From: Felis catus
Lineage: Eukaryota
Assembly: GCF_018350175.1 (NCBI RefSeq)
Contig: NC_058368.1
Location: 12,214,001-12,278,000 of the forward strand
Direction of reading: 5' to 3'
Length of the DNA stretch: 64,000 nt
Shown here: in pieces, positions 12,114-24,100 of the stretch
Numbering within the stretch: the first letter of the stretch is position 1
Layout of the letters: every line of letters starts with the position of its first letter
Notes under the pieces: generated by a model
Database searches by the model: none
Told to the model about the DNA's origin: nothing
The model's input: only the letters and a program-made list of their open reading frames with translations
Program-made: the position numbers and the translations under genes

Positions 12114-14904
12114 TCTGAACTATTTAAAAAGCCAGCATGATCTCCATTTATGTTCTCTTTGTGGAATAAAAACAAATAAAAGACTGCTGGGTTACCAATA
12201 GGCAAGCTTTCAGTCACTTTTTCATAAGACCTGACTTTTCTACCTTATTGTTCCTGTGGCTACTATTCTGTTAGCAATTATGTTGCACTTGGCACACTGG
12301 GGAGAGTTCTTTTTCATCTTTCCAGCCTATTAAATAAACAGGCACTCCATGTTTCTTTATCACTCCATTTGTCAGGTGGTGTTTGTGCCACATAAAAAGA
12401 CAGAACGTTGCACAACCGTTTTGCCATGCTTGACAGTACCATGCTTTACTTGCCATGCTTTAACGTACCTGCCAATTGGTGTGCCAGCTCCATATTTTCA
12501 ATATTTTAATTAAACAAAAATAGAAATCTATACAAGTGACCTTCTGAATAGCTGCATTTCTCTTAAGTCCTCGGGTTATAGCGTATTAAGAAGAGAAGCA
12601 GGAACCCATGCCTTTAAGAGCTTTGCATAATAATTCTTGATTCTGGGAATGCCCATAAAACCAGGAGACTAAATCTTCAAGGCCATCTATCTACTCATTT
12701 GGGAAATAAAGAGCAGCCACAGGGCGTGTCACTGCCTTCCTCAGTCTACCTCAAATGCAATCCTGCTCCCCTTCCCTAGATTTTCTACTTCTTGTTGGCT
12801 TATTCCTTCTCCTCCTGGGCCATCATCTGCCTGGTTCCGTTGACTTTTGTCTTGTGATCTCTTTGAGGCCTTTCTTCTAGCCATATCCATGGAGATCACA
12901 CAGTTAGTTTAAAATCCACTGTTACATTAACCTTTATAGCAAACGTAGGTTTCAATGACCCTTTACACAGATCTGAACAGAAAGTCAGTACTCACAAAGC
13001 TAAGTGGACAGAACAAATCTAGTCCAAAATGTCTTGGGATTTCCTCATAGGGAGAATTCATATTCTTGTCTTCTGCAAATGCTCTCGTATCAAACTCCTA
13101 TCACACTCCTCCCCAGTGGGAGTTGTCTCTAGTGTAGCAACTGAGTATTTTGAGAGGAACTTTTTTTTTTTTTTTTTTTTGGTATTAGGAACAGAAAATA
13201 ATTCATTGCATTACTTTGGTATTCACACTCATGTGGAAGCCTGGAGGTTCAAGATGGAATATTAGAAGACAAATCTTTTATAGCTTGTCCTCCAAAAAAG
13301 AAAACAGGCTTTGGGAAATTTCAGGTTTCTCAGAAACTACACTTGACATACTGCTAAGCACTGTTCTGTTCCTGTAGAGACGGGCAATTATGGGGAAATA
13401 ATTTTGGGGAGCATGGCCACACTAAATGATAATGACCAAAGATGCCCTGGTGAATTTTGCCATTTTGCGTGACCTTGTACTTGATCTAAATATCAGAGGT
13501 GTTAAAACACCAATAAGAATGGCTACCACCATTTTAATTTGCCTAACGGTGCCCCGAGCACCAGTTCTTTGAAAACAGCTTGGTTTCCAGGCTGAGGTTA
13601 CCATGGGGACTCAGTCTTTTGCAGCCCTCAGATGGCCATTCTTGAGGACTCTGCTGAATTTATGGGCTCTTGTTTTTGAGAATGTCTGACCATGCAAATG
13701 TTCCTTATGGTTGGAAATAGTAATTCTCTAAAACTGCTTGTGACCTCCTAAGGCATTGCCTGATGAATCAGAGGTGTTTGCTTAGTTGCTCAGGGAGGCC
13801 CGGGGTGCAGAGGAACAGGCACGGCATGCCGTTTTCTGTGACCTGGACGTCCCCTCTGAGGCTGTTCCCACCCAGCGGTTTCCCGATCCCTCCTCCCAGC
13901 ATCTGGGTTTGCTGCTCTGCTCTGAGGACTAAACCAGCTTCCAACCCTGCGTGCACATTATCTCCCGATGGGGCCCCCTGGCGTGGGAGCAAAATCCTCC
14001 TTGGAAGGAAGTGAGATCCGTGAACCCAGAGCAGAATTAAGTGAGACAGGAGAAAGGGGCGCTCATGGCCTCTGTCCTCTCAGGGACAGGCCACTGACAG
14101 GAGAACAAGACTGGAAGCCCACCGCCCAGATTTCTCTCTTTCCCAGGCAGACCTTGATGAGCATTCCCAGTGTTTACCTCCGAGATTTCCTTTCTTGTGG
14201 CTCCACTGCTGACAACTGCACATGTGGGCAGAACATTCTTTCTGGTTTCATGGAACCAGCGTCTAGTCACTTTGAACTGGGAGCTGTTTTTGTCTTTTGA
14301 AGGTAACCACCTTTTTTGCTTGCCCCCCTGGTCGTGCCTCTCAAAGGTTCACCCCCTTTCATGCCTAAGTTTGAGGGGTTCTGAGTACAGATCCTCTCTC
14401 CCCGCCAGTGCTGGCCAACGTCTCCGGCTGGGAAGGAATGCATCTGCATTTCTTTTCCCCTGTTCTCCTCCTATTGGCCCCTCGAAGGTGTGTTCATTTA
14501 GCACATTTTCCTTCGTCACTCTTAGGGTGGAAGCTGGAAAAGGAAAAGAGCGCAAGAAAGCAGAAAAAGCATAGCCCTAGAGGATTTCAGGCGGGGGTTA
14601 GGGAGAGAGTGCCAAAATATGTTCTCTGTCTCACCCTCTTCAAGAACACGAGCGAGTAGAGTTTGGAATTATTTTACCTTGTTTTGGGCATAATCCCTGT
14701 GATTATTCCAATCCCTGTGGTTATTTAAACTGCAGATTTGAAATAGTCAATGATAGCAGAGTGATTATAAGAAGTGAGAACCGAAATTTGAGTTAATTGC
14801 ATTCTACCATTTCCTCCGATCACTTGGAAATTCTATGTTTGCTTTAAGTTGAAAACAGTGAACAACATTTAACACTGTGAATGACTTCACCCCATCCGAA
14901 CCAT

Positions 14905-15090
14905 GGACAGTAACAAGTGTTGATGAGGATGTGGAGAAATTGGAACCATCGTGCATTGTTGTCAGACGGGTAAAATGGTGCCACCGCTTTGGACACACTT
15001 TGCCATTTCCCTTAAAAGTTAGATAAACCACATACCGGATGGTCCAGCAATTCCACTTCTAGGTGTCTATCCAAGAGCAACGAAAACCTA
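14905..15090 (+). mobile_element. L1 (L1MB-like) 3' ORF2 fragment
   Basis: aacaagtgttgatgaggatgtggagaaattggaacc...ccagcaattccacttctaggt. Confidence 0.8.
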
Positions 15091-15225
15091 CCCGTATGCT
15101 TACTCTGCCATTTATACCACTGTCCATTTGTTAGAAGCAACTCACTAAATACAGCCCACATTCAAGGAGAGGAGAATTAAGCTCTGCTTCTTGAAGGGAA
15201 AAGCATCAAATACTTTGTGGACATA

Positions 15226-15266
15226 TTTTATTTATTTTTTATTTTTGTTAATATTTATTTATTTTT

Positions 15267-15297
<31 letters not shown>

Positions 15298-15385
15298 CAA
15301 GGTAGGAGCAGAGAGAGGGAGACACAGAATCCAAAGCAGGCTCCAGGCTCTGAGCTGTCAGCCCAGAGCCCAACATGGTGGCTCA
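15226..15385 (-). mobile_element. CanSINE, 5'-truncated
   Basis: T-tail, (GA)n and body present; tRNA-like head missing. Confidence 0.85.
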
Positions 15386-16914
15386 CATTAGAGAGGAACC
15401 CCCCTGCTCGTTAAGGGAAGTGGCACAGCAAAGATCGGGTTGCCTGGATTTGAAGTCCAGTCCTGGCTGAGTGATGTCAAGAAGGTCACTTGTCCTCTCT
15501 GGGCCTCGGCTTGCTCTTTATTAAAATTGGAAGTGATAGTATGTGTTTCATTGGATTATTGTGAGGCTCGATACATCAATGCCGCATACCTCTGTACATA
15601 TATGTGAACGTGTAGGAAGATTCTTTGGCGTTCAGCAAGACCTCAGTGCATACAGTTGTTGTGAGCTTCTTTCTCCTTGGCAGGGAGTTGATTCCACGTG
15701 TGGTTGGGGCTGGTCTGAGGCAGGAGGATAAAGAGCATATAGCGTCTGGGGAATCGTCCCCTGATGTGTCTACTTCCAGGTCTGAAGTTCTGGTTCACGG
15801 TGATGCCCCCCATTAAGCTTCTCAATTCCACCTGGACAATGCTATGGAGAACCGCCACGCCCACCTGCCACTTGGTTGGATTTTCTTTTTGTTGAGCAGA
15901 GTACAAGTACTTTTAGCCTTGGATCCCTCTCCTAGCCTCGACTCCCTGGTCACTGTGTGATGGCCTTAACCCTGTACGGGCATTACTGCCCCTGGGAGAT
16001 GCTCTTCCTGATTTGCCCAGCTCACAATGTCACCTTGAACACTCGATTTCCAATCTCTGCATGACGTCTTGGCACCGGAATGTGGGGCCGTGAGGAACTG
16101 TTTGTTTTACACTCCCCAATCCTTGAACAAAAATTACAAAGCATTCAACTGTCTTCTCAAAAACTGCCCTTCTCGTCCTTATTCAGTTCCGTGAAGCGAC
16201 AGCTGTTGCTGTGCGTACGATTGTTTAAAATTCTTTCAATTCACGTGCAGGAATCCCGCTTGATGCCTGCTTTGTGATAATCTGATCCCTGAGCAGTAAC
16301 TGGCTCATCAGGACTGTAGGGGAGGGGGGCTCTGTGCAAAACGAATTTGGGGATGTACGGGGGAGAGTAGGATGGACATACAGCCTTCTGAAAAACGAGC
16401 AATGCAGCGAGACAACCGTAGGCTTCGTAGAAAGGCTGCGTCTCGGGGCTGATGCTTCCACTGAGTCAGCTGCTGTTTCTCGTGCTTCGTACGTGGACTG
16501 TGTTTCGTACTGGACCCACTGCAAACGGACAGAAAACCAGGAAGAAATTTGCTCTCCTTTGCCACTTGCCAGTTGCTTCTGAGTGGAACAGTCCGTTTCG
16601 TCCAGTTTCCAGAATAGGAGCACTGCTCTGGAGCGAGTGTTCCTTATGCTTGGTGTCCAGAGGGCGGCTCCAGCAGATCCCAGCGATGGGTCGTCCCCAG
16701 GGGCTGCTCCTCCGAGCGCATGGCTCCTTTCAGACGATTGGATAGTTTGCTTTTTCCAAAATAATTCGAACCGTCCATCTCCACGGAAGACAGCACAGTC
16801 TATCTGCCAGTTATGCCTGGTTTCCTTTTTCTTTTCCCCTCACGATGAGGACTAACAGAGAACCTAAAGGATTCTGAGGAAAACCAGTGACTGCTCCCCA
16901 ATCCAGCCATCTTA

Positions 16915-16916
<2 letters not shown>

Positions 16917-16951
<35 letters not shown>
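16917..16951. repeat. (TG)n microsatellite
   Basis: Direct reading. Confidence 0.95.
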
Positions 16952-16954
<3 letters not shown>

Positions 16955-17589
16955 CCGTGCCCCCCAGTTTGGCACTTTCTTACCTGATGTCTTCAACTCT
17001 TGTCCCCTTGAAGCATGTCCTGCCAACAGGGCATTGCCCCACCAACCCCAGGACAGGCTCTTTCCCTTGGCTGCCGCCTCAAGCGTGTGATGTGGGCATT
17101 CTCTTGGGTCCTCCTTGGGCACACAGTTCCTGGCAAAGCTGTGCATTATGGACTTTAGACGACACGGACGTCAGGCACCGTCTTTGGGAGTTCTCAGAAA
17201 ATGCCTCAGGGGCTTAGAAACCAAAGGTGAGGGGGATTTTCAGAGAAGAAAGATCAGATTTAGACAGCTTTGAAGCGGTGGAAGGGGGGAGGGCAAGGTG
17301 AGGGAAGGGCCAGGTAGGAGGAGGCTGCCAGGAAGACCCCTTCTGAATCAAGGCAGAGCTCCCCCATCCCTCAGGGTCCAAGAAAGGTGCAGCTTCCCAG
17401 CTTCCCGGGAGAGTAAGGCCCGCGCAGAGAAGCAATCCTCCTGCCCACCCCAGTAATCCTGGAACAAGATCAGATCCACTGTCGGGTTTAGGCTTTATTT
17501 TACACGGTAGTGTAATTTCAGCCTCTTCCTAACTCCAAAAATAGCTGGCACCGACCTGCGGATGCCTGAAATCCCTGTGCCCCCTGATT

Positions 17590-17970
17590 CCCAATAAAGA
17601 GATAAAAGGCTTAATTATGCAAATCTCTGGCGGAGGAGCTCGGGCTGAAACTCATTCATATTAAAATGTCATCAATCAGCTTTGCAGCGGTGGGATGACT
17701 GACACCAGCCGTGGCGGAGGCTGTCTGCAAGAGGCGGCCCCGGAGCCTGGATGTGAGGAGGCACCGGGAAGGGAAGGCGAGGACGCCCGGTTCCAGGGCT
17801 GGCTGCGGCTGCCGGCTGGCTCTTCTGCTATGCCCGCCAGAATCAACGTGGTGGTGTTTCCTCTGAGCGAATCCGGATTTAGGGCAGCGAATCAATGAAG
17901 TTCTGCTGTGTGATTATCGTCTGGCGTCCAGAGGGTTGAGCTGCACCCTCGGATGCGTCGCCGAAATGGA
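17590..17970. promoter_or_regulatory. Candidate enhancer: GATA, octamer and PBX-HOX/MEIS motifs beside a CpG-rich patch
   Basis: AGATAA 17600-17605, TTAATTATGCAAAT 17611-17624, TGTCATCAATCA 17667-17678; not recognisably repeat-derived. Confidence 0.4.
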
Positions 17971-18779
17971 GTTGGGACTCATTCTTTTGGCCAAGCAGTG
18001 CCAGCCGTTCATCACATTATGAAGGCTCGGGGTGGGGGAGGCTGGTGAAGAGAGGTGGGCTTGGGACCAGGCAGGCCCTTCCCTGCAGGCGAAGACGTTC
18101 GCCTGTCTCGGAGTGGACAGGCTCAGCTGGCAGGGGTGAGGCGGGGCAGGCCGGAGCGCTGGGGGCCTCTGAGGTCAGGTTGGGGTCAGTGGGCCGGAAG
18201 ACAAACCACTTTCAGGTGCAGCTTTAAGTTATGCCTTATTTTCAACTTCTCCCCAGGATATTGGTGGAGACTTACTGTAAGGGACAGCCTGGTCTCAGAC
18301 ACTTGTGCTGTGGGGATTTAGGGAAGAATTGGGGGCAGCTCCATACAGAGGTACCGAGAGGAGAACCGGGTCTTCCCCACCGAGACCCCCCAAAAGGTCA
18401 GTGTGACAGGAGCAGAAAGGAGATGTGCGGAGCCCGGCAGTGAGCTGAGGAGGTCATGGTCCGCAGGGGTGGCTGCTGTGTGGGGTGCGATGAGGGCACC
18501 AAAGCCGATGAACGGAAGCCTGACCCTGACCACACCGGAGACCTGGTCTCCAGAACTCCCTGGAGTACCTGGGGACCTTTGAGACGTGCTACTATCCGGG
18601 AACCAGAAAGCAGGGGCCTCACGATCATTCAGGCGTAAGAAGAAGATGTTACAGTTCGGGACATGTGGGTTTCTAACATCTGTGCCTCCCTGCTCTCCTT
18701 ACTTCCTGACCGGCTTGGGAGGTGCAACCATTCTGTCTGAGCAAGTGTTGTTCTCAGGGGATTCATTTGTCTGGTGTTG

Positions 18780-18990
18780 CTTTTTATTTATTTTAAGAGA
18801 GAGAGCGAGTGAGAGCGAGTGAGCGAGCGCCAGGGAGAGGCAGAGAGAAAGGGAGAGGGAGAATCCCAAGTAGGCTCCATGCTGTCAGTGTGGAGCCGCA
18901 TCTGGGGTTCGAACTCCTGAACCGTGGTATCCTGACCTGAGCTGAAATCAAGAGAGGGACCCTTACCTGGCTGAGCCTCCCAAGTGCCCC
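18780..18990 (-). mobile_element. CanSINE
   Basis: T-tail to ...ccaagtgcccc head. Confidence 0.9.
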
Positions 18991-19199
18991 TGTACTTCTT
19001 TTACTTCTCGAGGAATAGGTCTCTGCAAGTTGATTAATTAATCGATCAGTCCTACCACTGTAATTTTAGAAACTCTAGTGGAGCCGGAGAGAAAAATAGG
19101 GTGTCTGTTTGAGTAGTTCTCTACCCCAGCCCTCGTTAAGGTTTTTCTGGACTACCTGATCTATCTCCTGCCTTTTTTTTTTTTTTTTTCCCTCTATAG

Positions 19200-19365
19200 A
19201 GCTTACATGGCCAATTATTTATCTTGTTTCTTGGCTATTTTTCCCACTAGACCAAAAGCTTCATGAGAACAGGGATTTTTTGCCTCTTTTGTTCACTGTT
19301 TTATTGACTAAGTCTAGAACAGTGTCTTGCACTGTGCTCTATACATATTTACTGATTGAATTAAC
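19200..19365 (+). mobile_element. L2 3' end
   Basis: cccactagaccaaaagcttcatgagaacaggg...ttgttcactg...ctagaacagtgtcttgcac...tatttactgattgaat. Confidence 0.7.
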
Positions 19366-21435
19366 TAATCAAACTTTTATTTGCTGTGAGCAAATATTTG
19401 TTATTTGACGGTATTTGTTAATTTCAGAAATAGCCACGTTTAACTTCTTGGGACACCAGCGAATTCTCCATTCTTTGTTGGAGAGGTGAAGTAGTCAAAG
19501 CACAGAATGCAAGTTATTTCATTAGCTTTGGAAAACTTTACACAATGTCCCTATGTGATGACTTCCTTGTCTATGGCTTCTGTCCTCCTAATGCCCACTT
19601 TATTTTAACAATATTTATGGGATAATATAGCAGGAAGTCTAAGATCTAGAGTTTCAACCATGCCCTCAAGAGCTTATAATCTAGTAGAAGAGTTAGCTTT
19701 ATTGCTAAATAATGACATGCAATGTGATTCGTGCAATAAGAGAAATATGGAAAGAAACAGGTGGATTCAAGAGGGATGGTCAGGAAAGTCCACGCCCGAA
19801 TAGGGCTTTGAGGAATAAATAAGTTATCACATGACCAACAAGAGGGAGAGAAGGTCAATGCAACATCACAGAGATGTGAAACGGTGGTTTGGTATCACTG
19901 GGCCAGTAAGCATATGGACAGAAGAGGCAGGAATGACAAAACTGAGGTGACCTAAGGGACACAGCTTCAGCTTGGGCACCGGTCACTCTCTTGGGTTTCA
20001 GTCCTGTGTGTTGAACTGGCTGGTGGGCACCTCCACCTGGATGGCTCCCAGCCATTGCAAGCACTACACGATCAGAGCCCAACTGACCACCTTTTCCAAC
20101 ATGGTTCCCTCCCTGCCCCGCTCCCCTCTGAAACATGCTCTTCCTCTTCCTTTTCCCTGTACCAATTAAAGGACAAACCACAAACTAGAAACTCAGAGTA
20201 ATCTGTAGCTACTTCCATTTCTCCATCCTTCTGCAACCAACTGATACATAAATCTTATGAATTCCAGCTCAGAAATATCCTTAAAAATCTCTCTACTTCT
20301 GTCCCCACAAATATTGCCCACCGGGACTGGTTACCACAGCCTTCTGCTGGATTTTCCACCGTCACACTGCTCTTCGTCACTCCAGGCTGCCCTCATCTCA
20401 GCCGCTAGTCATTCTCATGGCTGTAACCTTCTGGAAGCTTCTCCTCAGCACCCATTAGGTCCTGAGCTAATCAGAAAAGGACAGATTCCAGTCTGGCCTA
20501 TGGGAGGGGTCTTAGGTACATGTCTTGGCCATGCTGGAGTTGAGGGAGGATGCAAAGTGACAGGTCAAGCTCCCTTCACACAGATTAGAGAGGCCTTCTC
20601 TCAGTTAGCAAGTGGTCTGGGGTTAGACCTCGCTCATCACCAGAACCAGCCTACCCCCTGCGACAAGCATTGGGCATTACAACAAGAGAGGGAGAAGTCA
20701 GGCCACCAGCCCTGCCTTTCCTGCTGATTTGTTGGAGTTTGTCCTTGGAGATCTCACCAGTAAGCTCACCATACCAGCTCTTGGCATCTTTAGATCATAT
20801 GGCACCCAGACTGATCTGGAGCTCCCTGGGTCTTGGCATTTTGGTTTGAAAGTGTCTTCTCTGAGGGTGTCGAATGAACACATTTACACAAATACTTCTG
20901 CAAGTAACAAGGAACAGGGGAAAGCAACATGTTCTAGAATGAAAGGAAAAGCAAGTTATCATGGATTGGTATCAGCTCAGGAAGGCCAGTGGTAGCAATC
21001 ACTATTTCTAAGGAGAAACCAAAAGGAAGAGGGAAAGGCAAAGATGGGGGTGTCTTCATATCCCTGCTCCTGCATATAAGAACATGCCAATTCTCTTTTA
21101 GCCCATTTTAAGTCTCTGCCATCAGAACAGATGTGAATCCACCTCTCTGCTTTTTGGCTCAATACAGAAAGCCCAACGTCCCTGCTGCAGCTGAACAATT
21201 CCTGGCTCGTGACCATCCAGCTTTATCTCCTGCTCCACTCACTCCTATCCTCTGTACCCTCTGACCTCGTCCTGAGCCACACCCCACTTCTACCTGATGC
21301 CCAAGCCTGTCCTTTCCCTTCACATCCTAGGTTTTCCATGTGCCAGTCCCTTTGTCACTCTTCTGAAGTCGCTGGGGGTCACCACCACCTCTGGGCTTCA
21401 TAGACTTTGCAGTAACTTTCTACTGGGTATTGTAT

Positions 21436-22372
21436 ATATATTCATCCTCATTACCTACAGAATCTGCATTTGCAAATTCACCCACTTTTCAAAACTTACT
21501 TGTAATCCCCAAATCAATACTCACTGCTCTTTCCTGGTCATTCTTGGCACAGAACTGGAGTCACCGATGTTCATGCACATTCCCAGCTGAGACCAAGCAA
21601 ACGTGACCTCTGCCTTCCTGATTCAGCTCTCATGCCGTAAAGAAGTATCCTTTTCACGGTGTATTCAGTACCACGTTTTCCCCCCTTTTGAGCTTTTTGT
21701 GAGTGATTTTGCTGTTTAAAATGGCCCCCAGGTATAGTGCTGAAGGGCTGTCTAGTGTTCCTGAAATCAAGAAAGCCGGAATGTGCCTTACAGAGAAAAT
21801 AAGTGTGTCAGATAAGATTTGTTCAGCCAAGAATTTTAGTGCTGTTGGCTGTGAGTTCCATGTTAATGAATTGACCGTATGGTACATCTAGAAAAAGAAA
21901 GAGGAAATGCACCGATCTGTAAGTGAGGCGACTCTGGAAAGTAACACTGATAATGCATGATGAAGTTATGGAAAAGATGGAAAGCATCTAAATTTGTGGA
22001 TTCCTGAGATGATGGCCCATTAAAAAAAAAAAAGGTAATAAAGCATTGTTGTGAGGCTGAAAGCCTAATAAATCTATAGTCACATTACTCAGGGTCAGGA
22101 AAATATTAAGCCTTTCTTGACTGTTGTTCTCCTATAAAGAAATACCGTAGCTCAATCATTATTATTAAGAAATAGATATTGAGTGAGGCATGTTTAAACA
22201 GAAATTCACATAGAATAAGGTTTATATATTTATTGGTTGACACAAATGTTGTGAGCAGAGGCTCCTGGGAACCTGCCCCTATATTTCTGTCAGGAGCAGT
22301 GGTCTGGTACTCGCTAATTCAGTTCACGGTGACTTTAACGAACAGAACTGCTACAAGTAACAAGAAAGGACT
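21436..22372 (+). mobile_element. TcMar-Tigger DNA transposon relic (MER82-like, with additional transposase sequence)
   Basis: MER82-like ends; ORF 21703..21891 MAPRYSAE...LTEKISVSDK...FHVNELTVWYI resembles the Tigger/CENP-B N-terminal HTH. Confidence 0.8.
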
Positions 22373-23618
22373 GCTGCTTGTCACTGTTTCTGTTCCACAC
22401 CGTCTTCTCTGCAGCCACACCTCTGCCTGCCCGGTGTCCCAGCCCCCTCCAATGTCGTGTGGATGTGGACCGCACATGTGAACAAACGTCCTCTGCGGGA
22501 AATTTTGCTGCAGAGGAACAGCACTACTTGGGATTTGGAGCCTCATCTGGGCACAGGAGCATGTGGGTTAGGAGACATCTGGGTGGCCTGTTGGGTGGGG
22601 TTGCTAGAATGGAAGTAAACACTCTCCAGAGGATGTAGTCGGCCGGGGGCGAAGGCATGTGCAACTTCGCATGCTGTCCGTTGTTCAAACTTGCTGGCTT
22701 TGCAGTGTTACAGAGCTGTGACTGCAAGTGTTTATTTCCTAACTCCTTGTTCGGTCAGCACACGCTGATTTTGCTTTTGTGTCAGCATGTGCCACTGCCC
22801 TTAGCTGGGGTCTATTTCATCCCTGTACATCACCTTCCTGAGAAGAAGACATACAACCGGTTTTTGTGCGGCCAAATATCGAGAGCCAGCAGAGCAACGT
22901 CATCCTTGAGAATTTCAAGACGTATGCTTGCCATCAGGTTTGAATTCATATGGTCTGGGGGCTCAGGATGTTTGTAGCCGGTGGCCGCCAGAATGACCAC
23001 CGTGTTCTCTTCTTTCCCATAGGGGGCAAGTGAAATTCCTCCTTCGGCTAGGACAGGAAACCTTTCACGAAAGGGGGGAAGGCATGAGAGGGACGAGCAG
23101 AGGGCAGGGTCTGGATAATTTTTATGCGGGCATATGTTCTCTTGGGCTGCTGAGCCTTTTGCAGCCTGTAGCCGAGACTACCAGGGAGCTTCTGCTTAAT
23201 GAGGAGCTACTTTAGTTATCTGTTAGAAGTAAAGCAGAGAACAAATAGAGTGAAGGCCAGAGGCTCGGGGTCAGACGTGGCTACTCTTCGTGGCCCAGTG
23301 GTGCAGCCAGAAGTCCCTTCATCATATCTCAATTTCTCGTCTACCCTGTGAAAATGAAATGTAGCTGTAGTTTCCAGAATCTTCAATAAAAATACCGTAG
23401 ACGTGTTTTTAGAACTTCCAGACTTCATAACAATGAAACATAAAAAAAATAAGCCCTTCCCATCACCTTAATGCCTTAGACGCAAATTAAGGCGCCCAGA
23501 CTGTTTGTGTTTGTTGGTAACAACATCCTTGTATTTGGGAGACGTACTGAAGACAGGTTTTCCACTTACAGGATGAAGCATGAAAATCAACATATATTTT
23601 TATAGAAAATAGGAAATA

Positions 23619-23741
23619 TTTAATGTATATAAATTTATTTGCCTTGGCAATTATTTACAATTGATGATTGATACCAACAATTGAGGTAAAAATATACATG
23701 AGGTATAAATATAATATTTAAATGCAATATCATATTTTATT
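23619..23741 (-). terminator. Poly(A) signal cluster: AATAAA (23736-23741, 23634-23639) and ATTAAA (23619-23624)
   Basis: Plus-strand tttatt/tttaat hexamers in a very AT-rich block at the expected end of the UTR. Confidence 0.7.
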
Positions 23742-23949
23742 TCCATTGGCAAGATAACAATGAATAAAATACTGTGGTATTTGACAAAGAAGCTCGATGC
23801 ATCTTTTCCCTCATTTTTCCTGTTTTATTTTTTTAGACGCACTAGGTTATGCAGCAGTGACGTGATTAGTACGCGCGCAAAAATGGGAAAGTCAGGTAAT
23901 TTAAAGAGAAGGGGGGTCATGAATACAACCGTATTGGTTTTAGTACCCT

Positions 23950-24100
23950 CTTGCTTCCCAGAGTGTGGTCTTTGGGCCAGCAGCATAGGTATCCCGAGAC
24001 TTGTTTGAAATGTAGAATCTTACTCCAGACTGCCTGAATTAGAGTCTGCAGTTGATCAAGATCTCCGGGTGATTCGTGTTCACGCTAAACTTGGTGATAC
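23950..24100. mobile_element. MER5A-like hAT-Charlie MITE inside the STARD13 3' UTR
   Basis: gagtgtggtc...ccagcagcat...ttgtttgaaatgtagaatct...ccagac...tgaattagagtctgca...caagatctccgggtgattcgtg. Confidence 0.75.

Noticed and set aside
20257..20727. 156-aa plus-strand ORF
   Set aside because: No similarity to any protein I recognise; begins in L2-like decayed sequence
1..23600. KL (Klotho) exons expected from human synteny
   Set aside because: No glycosidase-like Klotho peptide appears in the ORF track or by reading; the gene presumably lies left of the window
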